Assembly (NCBI RefSeq): GCF_001194135.2
Contig: NC_068992.1
Span: 57,735,629-57,767,772 of the forward strand
Source of the DNA: Octopus bimaculoides
Taxonomy: Eukaryota
DNA: 32,144 nt
Reading direction: 5' to 3'
This document shows, piece after piece, positions 20,856 through 31,566 of the stretch. Under the pieces are notes generated by a model. It was not told the origin of the DNA. It saw nothing but the letters and a program-made list of their open reading frames with translations, and ran no database searches. The position numbers were made by a program, and so were the translations under genes. The first letter of the stretch is position 1. Each line of letters opens with the position of its first letter.

Positions 20856-21110
20856 AGGTTTCTATTTTTGCCAGACTGCTAAGTAACATGGATGTAAACA
20901 AACCAGCACCAGTTGTCAAGCAGTGAGTGTAGGGACAAATACACACACAAACAAACATATATATATCCGATGGACTTCTTTCAGTTTTTGTCTACCAAAT
21001 TCACCTACAATGCCTTGTAAGTGGCCTGGGGCAATAGTAGGAGACCTTATACCCAAGGTGCCATTCAGTAGGGATTGAACTCGAAGCCATGAGATTACAA
21101 AACAAGCTTC
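20856..21110 (-). mobile_element. Degenerate SINE A + partial B
   Basis: gccagactgctaagtaacatggatgtaaacaaaccagcacc (B), then cttctttcagtttttgtctaccaaat...ccaaggtgcc (A). Confidence 0.7.
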
Positions 21111-21449
21111 CACGAACCCCTATCTTTTTCTTTCTTTTTTTTTTTTTTTAACCACAGAAATCAGTTTACCTCTGAACTTAAGCATTATGAGTTAGAGAGA
21201 GAAAAAAAGAAAATAAGGCAATCCTTTCGGTATTGGCATACAGAGTGTTGGTATGCAGAGACGTCATTCAGCCTCTTTTTCAAACTAGCCTCTTTGTCAA
21301 ATTCATGAAAGACGGTTGTGTGGGTAAACGATGTCATCTACCAATACTGAAGGATTTTTGGAAATTATCAATTAGTAAGGAGAAAAAGAACTTTGAAAAG
21401 TCAGTAGATAAATAATAATTTTCTGTTCTAATAGTTTTTATCCCAAAAT

Positions 21450-21626
21450 GTACAGGAGTGGCTGTGTGGTAAGTAGCTTGCTTACCAACCACATGGTTCC
21501 GGGTTCAGTCCCACTGCGTGGCACCTTGGGCGAGTGCCTTCTACTATAGCCTTGGGCCGACCAAAGCCTTGTGAGTGGATTTGGTAGACGGAAACTGAAA
21601 GAAGCCCATCGTATATATATATATAT
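21450..21626 (+). mobile_element. SINE module A, young copy, + (TA)n into a gap
   Basis: gtacaggagtggctgtgtggtaagtagcttgcttaccaaccacatggttccgggttcagtcccactgcgtggcaccttggg... Most CpGs retained. Near-identical to the reverse complement of 24481-24634. Confidence 0.9.
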
Positions 21627-22174
21627 NNNNNNNNNNNNNNNNNNNNNNNNNNNNNNNNNNNNNNNNNNNNNNNNNNNNNNNNNNNNNNNNNNNNNNNNNN
21701 NNNNNNNNNNNNNNNNNNNNNNNNNNNNNNNNNNNNNNNNNNNNNNNNNNNNNNNNNNNNNNNNNNNNNNNNNNNNNNNNNNNNNNNNNNNNNNNNNNNN
21801 NNNNNNNNNNNNNNNNNNNNNNNNNNNNNNNNNNNNNNNNNNNNNNNNNNNNNNNNNNNNNNNNNNNNNNNNNNNNNNNNNNNNNNNNNNNNNNNNNNNN
21901 NNNNNNNNNNNNNNNNNNNNNNNNNNNNNNNNNNNNNNNNNNNNNNNNNNNNNNNNNNNNNNNNNNNNNNNNNNNNNNNNNNNNNNNNNNNNNNNNNNNN
22001 NNNNNNNNNNNNNNNNNNNNNNNNNNNNNNNNNNNNNNNNNNNNNNNNNNNNNNNNNNNNNNNNNNNNNNNNNNNNNNNNNNNNNNNNNNNNNNNNNNNN
22101 NNNNNNNNNNNNNNNNNNNNNNNNNNNNNNNNNNNNNNNNNNNNNNNNNNNNNNNNNNNNNNNNNNNNNNNNNN

Positions 22175-22207
<33 letters not shown>

Positions 22208-22284
22208 GATAGGGCAGCAAGATATGTGGTGTATTACTGTACTTGAGAGGATCCGCCCACCACAACAGAATTGAGATCCTAAAA

Positions 22285-22530
22285 CCAAGGTGCCATGTAA
22301 AAACCATTGACATGGGTGCTGGTGGCACTTAAAAAGAAACGCCTGTGATGGTGCCACATAAAAAGCACCCAGTACAATCTGTGGAGTGGTTGGCATTAGG
22401 AAGGGCATCCAACCATAGAAACCAAGCCAAAACAGATTGTGGAACCTGGTGTGGCCACTGGCCTTACCAGTTCCTGTCAAGCTGTCCAACCCATACCAGG
22501 ATGGAAAATGGATGTTAAATGATGATGATA
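22285..22530 (+). mobile_element. Module C copy with (GAT)n tail
   Basis: ggtgccacataaaaagcaccc...ggttggcattaggaagggcatccaaccatagaaac...ccaacccat...ggatgttaaatgatgatgat. Confidence 0.8.
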
Positions 22531-22550
22531 TACATATGTCTATCTATCTA

Positions 22551-22613
<63 letters not shown>

Positions 22614-23326
22614 NNNNNNNNNNNNNNNNNNNNNNNNNNNNNNNNNNNNNNNNNNNNNNNNNNNNNNNNNNNNNNNNNNNNNNNNNNNNNNNNNNNNNNN
22701 NNNNNNNNNNNNNNNNNNNNNNNNNNNNNNNNNNNNNNNNNNNNNNNNNNNNNNNNNNNNNNNNNNNNNNNNNNNNNNNNNNNNNNNNNNNNNNNNNNNN
22801 NNNNNNNNNNNNNNNNNNNNNNNNNNNNNNNNNNNNNNNNNNNNNNNNNNNNNNNNNNNNNNNNNNNNNNNNNNNNNNNNNNNNNNNNNNNNNNNNNNNN
22901 NNNNNNNNNNNNNNNNNNNNNNNNNNNNNNNNNNNNNNNNNNNNNNNNNNNNNNNNNNNNNNNNNNNNNNNNNNNNNNNNNNNNNNNNNNNNNNNNNNNN
23001 NNNNNNNNNNNNNNNNNNNNNNNNNNNNNNNNNNNNNNNNNNNNNNNNNNNNNNNNNNNNNNNNNNNNNNNNNNNNNNNNNNNNNNNNNNNNNNNNNNNN
23101 NNNNNNNNNNNNNNNNNNNNNNNNNNNNNNNNNNNNNNNNNNNNNNNNNNNNNNNNNNNNNNNNNNNNNNNNNNNNNNNNNNNNNNNNNNNNNNNNNNNN
23201 NNNNNNNNNNNNNNNNNNNNNNNNNNNNNNNNNNNNNNNNNNNNNNNNNNNNNNNNNNNNNNNNNNNNNNNNNNNNNNNNNNNNNNNNNNNNNNNNNNNN
23301 NNNNNNNNNNNNNNNNNNNNNNNNNN

Positions 23327-23416
23327 CTTTCCTCCCTCTTCTCCCTCCCTCTCACACACATTCTTTCCCTCTTTCCCTCACATTCTCTTACACTCTCTCT
23401 CTTACTCTCACACACA

Positions 23417-23450
<34 letters not shown>

Positions 23451-23545
23451 TTCTCTTCCTCACATACTCTATCTCCCTCACTCTCTCTCTCTTTCCCTCA
23501 CTCTCTCCCTCTCGCACACTCTCTTTCAGTCACACTCTCTCTCCG
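23327..23545. repeat. CT/CA-rich low-complexity tract
   Basis: Direct reading. Confidence 0.85.
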
Positions 23546-23891
23546 TTCCCCCCACCTCCACCTAAAAAAATATACATTAAAACAAATAAAAACACTCAAA
23601 GTATATTTCTGATTTAAAAAAAAAAAAGAAACAATATAAACAACAAAACATTGTTTTTGTTTACTGTTGTCTCCTGTAATCTGGACCAAATATGTTATTT
23701 TTTTTTGTTTGTTGTTCAATTTTCTTCATTTTTATTTTGTTTCATTTATTTATTTACTTTAACCGAAGGAAGTGAGCAAAAACCAAGAGAATGCCAAAAA
23801 GATGAACGGTTGCCAAAATAATTTTCCCAAACAAAATTGATTTCGATTCAGATAACTTAGAGATTCGCTTTGCTCCCTATCCACCAGCAGG

Positions 23892-23925
<34 letters not shown>

Positions 23926-24079
23926 GCAAAATCTTTGATAACAATGCAATTTAAACCAAACATTAGAATACATTACTGTCAATTTAAATACTCTAAACAA
24001 ACTAGCAGAAAACAAAGGTCAACATGGATCCATTCTGATAGAATTGCATGTAACACAAATATAATTTAACATGCTACAG

Positions 24080-24162
<83 letters not shown>

Positions 24163-24480
24163 NNNNNNNNNNNNNNNNNNNNNNNNNNNNNNNNNNNNNN
24201 NNNNNNNNNNNNNNNNNNNNNNNNNNNNNNNNNNNNNNNNNNNNNNNNNNNNNNNNNNNNNNNNNNNNNNNNNNNNNNNNNNNNNNNNNNNNNNNNNNNN
24301 NNNNNNNNNNNNNNNNNNNNNNNNNNNNNNNNNNNNNNNNNNNNNNNNNNNNNNNNNNNNNNNNNNNNNNNNNNNNNNNNNNNNNNNNNNNNNNNNNNNN
24401 NNNNNNNNNNNNNNNNNNNNNNNNNNNNNNNNNNNNNNNNNNNNNNNNNACACACACACATACACATATATACATATATA

Positions 24481-24634
24481 CGACGGGCTTCTTTCAGTTT
24501 CCGTCTACCAAATCCACTCACAAGGCTTTGGTCGGCCCGAGGCAATAGTAGAAGACACTTGCCCAAGGTGCCACGCAGTGGGACTGAACTTAGAACCATG
24601 TGGTTGGTAAGCAAGCTACTTACCACACAGCCAC
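24481..24634 (-). mobile_element. SINE module A, young copy
   Basis: cgacgggcttctttcagtttccgtctaccaaatccactcacaaggctttggtcggcccgagg...taccacacagccact. Confidence 0.9.
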
Positions 24635-24677
24635 TATATGTATGTATGTATGTATGTATATGTACATATATATTGTT

Positions 24678-24882
24678 GCTTGTTTCAATCATTAGACTGT
24701 GGCCATGCTGAAGCACCACCTCAAAGGGTTCTCGTTGAAGAAATCAACCTGAGGACTTATTCTTTGTGAGCCTACTACTTATTGTATTGGTCTCTTTTTG
24801 CCAAACCATTAAGTTATGAGGACATAAACGCACCAACATCAGTCAAGTTTTGGTGGGGGAATAAACACAGACACACTCACAA

Positions 24883-24930
<48 letters not shown>

Positions 24931-25250
24931 CATCATCATCATTTTAACGTCCATTGTCCATGCTGGCATGGGTTGGACAGTTTGACCAGGGCTGGTAAGC
25001 TGGAAGGCTGCACCAGACTCCAGTCTGTTTTTGCATGGTTTCTACAGCTGGATGCCCTTCCTAACACCAACTACTTCAAGTGTGTAATGGGTGCTTTTAC
25101 ATGCCACCAACAAATAAGGTTTTGGTCAGCCCGAGGCTATAGTAGAAAAAGCTGAGTCTATAGTAAAAGACAAGGTACTATGAAGTGGGACTGAACCCGG
25201 AACCATGTGTTTGGGAAACAAGCTTCTTATCACACAGCCACGCCTGTGCC
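24678..25250 (-). mobile_element. SINE B (24678-24885) + (CA)n + module C (24931-25110) + partial A (25115-25250): nested or chimeric cluster
   Basis: Each block aligns by eye with the other B, C and A copies in the window. Confidence 0.75.
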
Positions 25251-25724
25251 TGTATATGTATATATTTCTTTATATATACACACATGCACATACATACACT
25301 ACACACATGTATATTGTATTATATTATATAGTATATCATATTATGTTATCTAATCCTGTGTACACAACTGAGAAAATATTAAATTTAAGTAGATGGCCAT
25401 TTAATACTGCTTCAATTGCATACACTGGTATGTTTATTCAACCCGGCGGTTACTCACACTACCAATGAATGTACCGTTCACTCTTTCCTATACATCAGGA
25501 GGCAACAAATCTCTTCTAGGCATGTGGCTGTCTGCACATAGACATCACTGACAAAGCGCAATGAGGCTGAAATGCATCTGGCGTTCTCATTAGCTGGTGT
25601 CCGGATGATTTTCATTTCTCTCCGATATATATTGTTTTCAGACACAACACTCTGTAAACGATTCTATCTCAGAAAAAAAAACACAGTAAGTTTCCTGTCA
25701 ATGGTGTATATACATTAAAGCCTG

Positions 25725-26032
25725 TTACTTAGTTTATTGGTCTCTTTTTATGAACTGCTAAGTTACAGGTGATTAAACAAACGACACCAATCATCAACTG
25801 TTGGGTGGATGGGGGAACGCAGACGCAAATACACATATAAATATATATACTTGTATATCTATACACACGACAGACTTCTTTCAATTTCCGTCTACCAAAA
25901 CTACTTATAAGGCTTTGGCTGGCTTATAAGGCTTTTGCTATAGTGAGAAGAAACTTGCCTAAGGTGCTACACAGTGGGGTTGAATTCAAGACCATGTGGT
26001 TAGGAAAGAAGCTTCTGAACCACACAGCCATG
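25725..26032 (-). mobile_element. Degenerate SINE A + (TA)n + partial B
   Basis: tttattggtctctttttatgaactgctaagttac (B), then acgacagacttctttcaatttccgtctacc...ccacacagccatg (A). Confidence 0.75.
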
Positions 26033-26336
26033 TCTTCATGTTGATCATGGTGAATATTCTTAGTAGCATTTGACCATCATTCTACTAAATCACAATTGAC
26101 CTTTGTCTAAACAACGATAAGACAGAATATCATGGTGTGTGTGTGTGTGTAAATATATATGAGTGTTTTAATGTCTACATGTGTATATATATATACATAT
26201 ATAAATGTGTGTGTGAGGATAAACACAATACGAGGAGATTAAACACTGATACCAGCAGCTGGATCACAGAAGTTCAGCACAGAAACCAGTTGAGGAGGGC
26301 AATCCACTTCTGGCTACAAATGTGGATAGCCATGGA

Positions 26337-26460
26337 AGACAGACAGACAGACAGACAGACCGACCGACCGACCGACCGACCGACCGACGATGACGACGAC
26401 GACGACGATGACGATGACGATGATGATGATGGTGGTGATGGTGGTGGTGTGTGTGTGTGT
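26337..26460. repeat. Compound microsatellite (GACA)n(GACC)n(GAC)n(GAT)n(GGT)n(GT)n
   Basis: Direct reading. Confidence 0.95.
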
Positions 26461-26504
26461 AAAAGATATATTAAGTGGCTAGCATGACCCTTATATGTAA
26501 TAAC

Positions 26505-26665
26505 TGTTTCTAGCATAAGTTCAAGGGCCTGAAGTTTGGGAGTAGGTTGTGGGCAGGGGTAGGTGGGGGCGATTGCTGATTACATTGACTCCAGTAATTG
26601 GTGTTCTTGGTTTATCAGCCCAAATGGGGATGCAATGCAAAGTCAATCTCAGCTGGATAAGAACC
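26505..26665 (-). mobile_element. SINE family G, strongly decayed
   Basis: ggcctgaagtttggg...gattacattgactccagt...tttatcagccc...ggatgcaatgcaaagtcaatctc, collinear with 30004-30099 and 29815-29870. Confidence 0.55.
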
Positions 26666-26729
26666 CAAGAAATATTGCTAAGCAGATGTTCCAACACTCC
26701 TAACAATTCTGTCAGTTTGCCACTTTAAA

Positions 26730-26768
<39 letters not shown>

Positions 26769-26794
26769 ACTCACACACACACACACACACACAC

Positions 26795-27085
26795 GAAGAT
26801 GCATGGCCTAGTGGTCAGAGTATTGCACTTACAGTCACTAGATCACGGGTTCGATTCCTGGGCCAAGTGATGCATTGTGTTCTCGAGCAAAACACTTCAT
26901 TTCACGTTACCCCAGTCTACTCAGCTGCAAATGGGTAACCCTACTACAGATGAGCCTTCCAATCAAGGGGAATGTTGGCCTGGTCACCCAGCCAAGCAGG
27001 GTGGTCACATTCGGAGGCTAAAACAATGTGAAACCCATTGTGACCCTCAATATATAACATTCAACAGTGTGGTCAATTCCATGAT
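26795..27085 (+). mobile_element. tRNA-derived SINE family F
   Basis: A-box TGGCCTAGTGG (26804-26814) and B-box GGTTCGATTCC (26848-26858), then ttgtgttctcgagcaaaacacttc...cagctgcaaatgggtaacc. From memory this resembles the Meta central domain; not verified. Confidence 0.8.
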
Positions 27086-27091
27086 ATATAT

Positions 27092-27452
27092 CATCATCAT
27101 CATCGTTTAACGTCCGTTTTCCATGCTAGCATGGGTTGGACGATTTGACAGAGGACTGGCGAATCAGATGGCTGCACCAGGCTCCAATCTGATCTGGCAG
27201 AGTTTCTACAACTGGATGCCCTTCCTAACGCCAAATACTCCGAGAGTGTAGTTCGTGCTTTTATGTGCCACCGGCACGAAGGCCAGTCAGGCTGTACTGA
27301 CAACGGCCATGCTCAAGTGATGTTTTTACGTGCCACCTGCACAGGAGCCAGTCTAGCGGCACTGGCAACGACCTCGCTCGAATGCTTTTTCACGTGCCAC
27401 CAGCACAGAAGCCAGACAGCTGCTCTGGCAATGATCACGCTTGGATGGTGCT
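27092..27452 (-). mobile_element. Module C, longest copy, with three internal ~65-bp tandem units
   Basis: (CAT)n tail, then cgtttaacgtccgttttccatgctagcatgggttggacg... GTGCCACC recurs at 27265, 27330 and 27394. Confidence 0.85.
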
Positions 27453-27740
27453 GTTTAGAATATATATATATATATACACACACACATGCAATGGGTATTC
27501 ACACAGTTTCCATTTACCAAGTTCACTTAAAAGATATTCGTTAGCAAAGATATTCGTTAGCCAGTCCAAACCGGTCCGAACCGGTCTTTGGACAAGTCCA
27601 AACCGGTCCANNNNNNNNNNNNNNNNNNNNNNNNNNNNNNNNNNNNNNNNNNNNNNNNNNNNNNNNNNNNNNNNNNNNNNNNNNNNNNNNNNNNNNNNNN
27701 NNNNNNNNNNGCATTAATTGTCCACGTTAGTGGTCGACGT

Positions 27741-27779
<39 letters not shown>

Positions 27780-27937
27780 AGAACTTCAACTTAGTTTACT
27801 TTACCGATTCTGTTGAAAGTTTTATCAATAATATAAATAGAGAGAGAGAGAGAGAGAGAGAGAGCGACACACACACACACACATACACAAACTCACACAC
27901 CCACATGGATGTTAATGATGGCAATGATGATGATACA

Positions 27938-28104
27938 TGGCAGGCTTCTGTCAGTTTCCATCTACCAAATCCATTCACGATGATTTGACCGTCAACCTGA
28001 GGTTACAGCAGAAGACACTTGTCCAATATGCCATGTGATAGGACTGAACCCAGAACTATGGGGTTGGGAAGCAAGCTTTCCAATCACACAGCCATGCCTG
28101 TACC
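27938..28104 (-). mobile_element. SINE module A, degenerate
   Basis: caggcttctgtcagtttccatctaccaaatcc...ggactgaacccagaac...cacacagccatgcctgtacc. Confidence 0.8.
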
Positions 28105-28251
28105 TATCAACTCTTCCTCTTTCATTTTAATTTGCCAGAAGTTTTTAATGAAAATAATTAACAACACAAATTAGCAATGACGATTAATGAAGATTGCGGT
28201 AACCCAGTGGTTGGTGTGTTTAATATTCGTTAAGAATGTGTAATTAGTCTT

Positions 28252-28425
28252 GTCGTCATCGTTGTTGTTTAGCACCAGGTCAGTATTGATTGAGGAGAGG
28301 TACAGTGAAAGAGGTTCCACCCATAACCATCCAGTACAGTTTGATAAATCAAGAACTACATAGTCTAATGTGTCCTTTCTTCTGTTTTTAAAAAAAGAAG
28401 ACGGGTTGCTATTTCTAACAGATAG
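28252..28425 (-). mobile_element. Family E copy
   Basis: gttgttgtttagcaccaggtcag...gaactacatagtctaatgtgtcctttct...gttgctatttctaac, the reverse complement of the 6283-6470 type. Confidence 0.55.
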
Positions 28426-28544
28426 AACAACCACAAAGAAGCTACTATTGAATGTTGGTAATACAAAGAACTTTCATGGAAAATACAGGAGAAAGATTGA
28501 AAAACAAAGAAAATAGGGAATAAATAGCAACAACAATAGTAAAG

Positions 28545-28722
28545 GGAACGAGAGAGGGGGGGGGAGAAAGAAAGAATTAAGGAGACAATAGAGAGAGTAA
28601 GGAAATGAGAAACAGAGAGAGAGGGAGAGAGAGGAGAGAAAGAATGAGAGTGAGAGAAAAGGAAGAGAGAAGGGGAGAGAGAAAGAGATGGAAGAAGCAG
28701 GAGAAATAGATAGAGAAAGGTT

Positions 28723-28774
<52 letters not shown>
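28545..28774. repeat. GA-rich polypurine tract / (GA)n
   Basis: Direct reading. Confidence 0.9.
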
Positions 28775-29337
28775 NNNNNNNNNNNNNNNNNNNNNNNNNN
28801 NNNNNNNNNNNNNNNNNNNNNNNNNNNNNNNNNNNNNNNNNNNNNNNNNNNNNNNNNNNNNNNNNNNNNNNNNNNNNNNNNNNNNNNNNNNNNNNNNNNN
28901 NNNNNNNNNNNNNNNNNNNNNNNNNNNNNNNNNNNNNNNNNNNNNNNNNNNNNNNNNNNNNNNNNNNNNNNNNNNNNNNNNNNNNNNNNNNNNNNNNNNN
29001 NNNNNNNNNNNNNNNNNNNNNNNNNNNNNNNNNNNNNNNNNNNNNNNNNNNNNNNNNNNNNNNNNNNNNNNNNNNNNNNNNNNNNNNNNNNNNNNNNNNN
29101 NNNNNNNNNNNNNNNNNNNNNNNNNNNNNNNNNNNNNNNNNNNNNNNNNNNNNNNNNNNNNNNNNNNNNNNNNNNNNNNNNNNNNNNNNNNNNNNNNNNN
29201 NNNNNNNNNNNNNNNNNNNNNNNNNNNNNNNNNNNNNNNNNNNNNNNNNNNTTTTTTTTTTTTTTAGATATAGACCCTTGATTGAAAGAAAAAAAAACAC
29301 AAAAGCAGCTCCGCTTTTTTTTTTTTTTACATTACAG

Positions 29338-29436
29338 GCATGAAGTCTATAGAATGAGGAAGGAAAGGTTTATGGAATATACCACAATGAGGAGTTGTGA
29401 TGGGGGCAGTAGTCAGATCATTTTTATTTCCTTAAG
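29338..29436 (+). other. Candidate 99-nt spliced exon (HEVYRMRKERFMEYTTMRSCDGGSSQIIFISL in its single open frame)
   Basis: Acceptor (T)14-acattacag|G and donor AAG|gtaagt. Length divisible by 3. Unique sequence. No homologue recognised. Confidence 0.5.
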
Positions 29437-29668
29437 GTAAGTGAAGTAACCGTGGATGGATGCAAAAAAAAAATGGAACCACAGACAATGGAATTACTCT
29501 CATCTTTATGGTATCCACTATGGTATCCAGTGAACAAGCTAGGAACAACAGAACAATCCTCTTGAATCACCACTAGTAGTCTTAAAACGAAGAAGGACAC
29601 ATTGAATAATGAAGTCCCAGGAACAAAAGAATAAAATAGTCATTCCATCAAAATGTTTCTTAATCAAA

Positions 29669-29699
<31 letters not shown>

Positions 29700-29783
29700 A
29701 AAATAAAATAAAATAATAATAATAATGATAATAACAATAATAATGATGATGATGATGATGATTATGATAATAATAATAAAAAT

Positions 29784-29951
29784 AATGGTTTCAAATGTTG
29801 GCCAGTGATTTCAAGGTACTTATTTTATCAACCCCAAAAGGATGGAAGGTAAAGTTGACTTTGGCAGAAGTTTGAAGCGAGAACAAACGAACGAACAAAA
29901 TGCCGTTAAGCATTTTGTACAGTTTGCTAACGATTCTGCCAGCTCACTGCC
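29784..29951 (-). mobile_element. tRNA-derived SINE family G with internal deletion and (TAA)n tail
   Basis: Minus strand ggcagtgagctggcagaatcgttagca...gtcaactttaccttccatccttttggggttgataaaataagtacc. From memory, ccttccatcctt..ggt.gataaa...agtacc resembles the Deu/Nin central domain. Confidence 0.75.
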
Positions 29952-30003
29952 ATAATAATAATAACAATAATTGTAACAGTAATAATAATAATAATAATAA
30001 TAA

Positions 30004-30099
30004 TCCTTTCTGTTAAAGGCACAAGGCCTGAAATTTTGGGGGAGGGAACTAGTCGATTACATCGACCCCAATATTTCATTTACCGACCCCAAAAGGATG
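30004..30099 (-). mobile_element. SINE family G, 3' part
   Basis: aatcctttctgttaaaggcacaaggcctgaaattttgggggaggg...agtcgattacatcgacccc...accgaccccaaaaggatg, preceded by (TAA)n. Confidence 0.75.
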
Positions 30100-30138
30100 T
30101 ATATATGTATGTATGTATGTATATCTTTATTTTTTAAT

Positions 30139-30378
30139 TATTATAAATCTTCCACTGAGGAGGAAGACCAGTTTCCAAGAAAGAGACAAGGCTCCATCTT
30201 TGAGATGTAGTTAACATAGACAAATTCACATTTGGAACTTGAGAAAAGTCTTCCATATGTTTACTGTTCCACTCACAGATTGCACTTGTAATGTACGAAT
30301 CAGCCATTCGATTTCTCTTTCTGAAAATCCCAGTTTATCCAGATTCTCCTTTAAGAATTTACTAACAAAACCTCTCTG
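30139..30378 (-). mobile_element. 3' relic of a retroelement with a C-terminal restriction-like endonuclease (RLE) region
   Basis: The unique part of ORF 30226..30555 reads RGFVSKFLKENLDKLGFSEREIEWLIRTLQVQSVSGTVNIWKTFLKFQM*. This fits the G.(I/V)PK.L...L..LG....LQ....GT..I.K.(F)L pattern ending RLE-type retroelement ORFs (recognised from memory). It is followed by a short 3' UTR and an AAT-rich end. Confidence 0.6.
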
Positions 30379-30425
30379 TGTGTATGTGTGTGCGTGCGTG
30401 CGTGCGTGCGTGCGTGTGTGTGTGT

Positions 30426-30518
<93 letters not shown>
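30375..30518. repeat. (TG)n/(CGTG)n microsatellite
   Basis: Direct reading. Confidence 0.95.
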
Positions 30519-30520
<2 letters not shown>

Positions 30521-31566
30521 CGTATGCATGCATGAACAATTATAATTCTCATCAAAATATGTTAAGTGAAATAATTCAGTGAGGCTTGAAAAACCAGCTG
30601 AAGTTTATAACCAAATTAATTAACAAACCTAATTACAAGGCAAATAACTAAACTGAGCAAATAGAAATTTAAAAAGCATCAAAATGGAATCTGAAGATGA
30701 CTAGTTTTTAGTTAAATAGTTGAGAGTTTAGTAAAGCATTTGAAACAAAATCAGAGTTAATACCAATAGTAGCAATGACAGGGGAAGAAAAACACTAACG
30801 AGTACATGAGATTATGTTTAATCAAATGATCACTAACCATGTGCTTACTGTACGTGAATACATATGGCAAGGGTTTGTTTCATTCATAAAAACACCAGTA
30901 TGTACTACACATCCCTTTTACATTTAACAATGTAACTTATGGCAGACAACACAGTTTTAGAAAGCTAGATGTTTGTTGGAATATAAGCACTGAATCAGAT
31001 GCGAATGTGTGGCAGGGGTTTGGGGAGGAATGTATCCTGATGAGAGAACTTGTGATTTCTGGAAGACTTCCAATGCCAGTCAATTGTACAACATATGGTG
31101 CTTTACAGAGCCATTGAGGAAGCCACTTCATGGATGCTCTGTCTGCTTAGAAATAGCAACCAAATCTCTATAAAACCACACTCTAACATCTAAAAGAAAA
31201 TAAATGTAAAGAGATATTAAGATAATATGGTACTGGATGAAACTATAATTAAGATGGTATCAACGTATTTCATGCAGGGAGCATAAAAAAAAAAAAACTA
31301 ACCTGAAATAAATATATATGACGAGACAGATAGCTAAATAAACAGACAGTCTAGTTAGTATTAATACATTTAATGCAGAAAGCATTAAAAAAAGTCTAAC
31401 TGAAAATAATTATGCAATGAGGGAACAAGAAAAAAAATAATATTAATTGCTGAATAATAATATTTTAACTATTTGCAGAGGAGACAAATCTGGACATGTT
31501 TCAGTCTTATTAAGGTTCATCAGCAAAGTATAAACTTCACTGTACTTACTAACAAAGTGACAAGAG

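Noticed and set aside
23805-24070. Stop-free plus frame TVAKIIFPNKIDFDSDNLEIRFAPYPPAG(T)n...
   Set aside because: No convincing donor or start, partly a (CAA)n microsatellite, and no homologue recognised.
26545-26570. Four G-runs (possible G-quadruplex)
   Set aside because: It lies within a decayed family G SINE, one loop is long, and there is no evidence of function.
396-29300. Long ORFs in the supplied track (e.g. 7767..8909, 9763..10965, 22437..23612)
   Set aside because: They are open only because N-gaps translate as X, or because they run through dinucleotide repeats (poly-HT, YI, CV, LS, RE) or SINE sequence.
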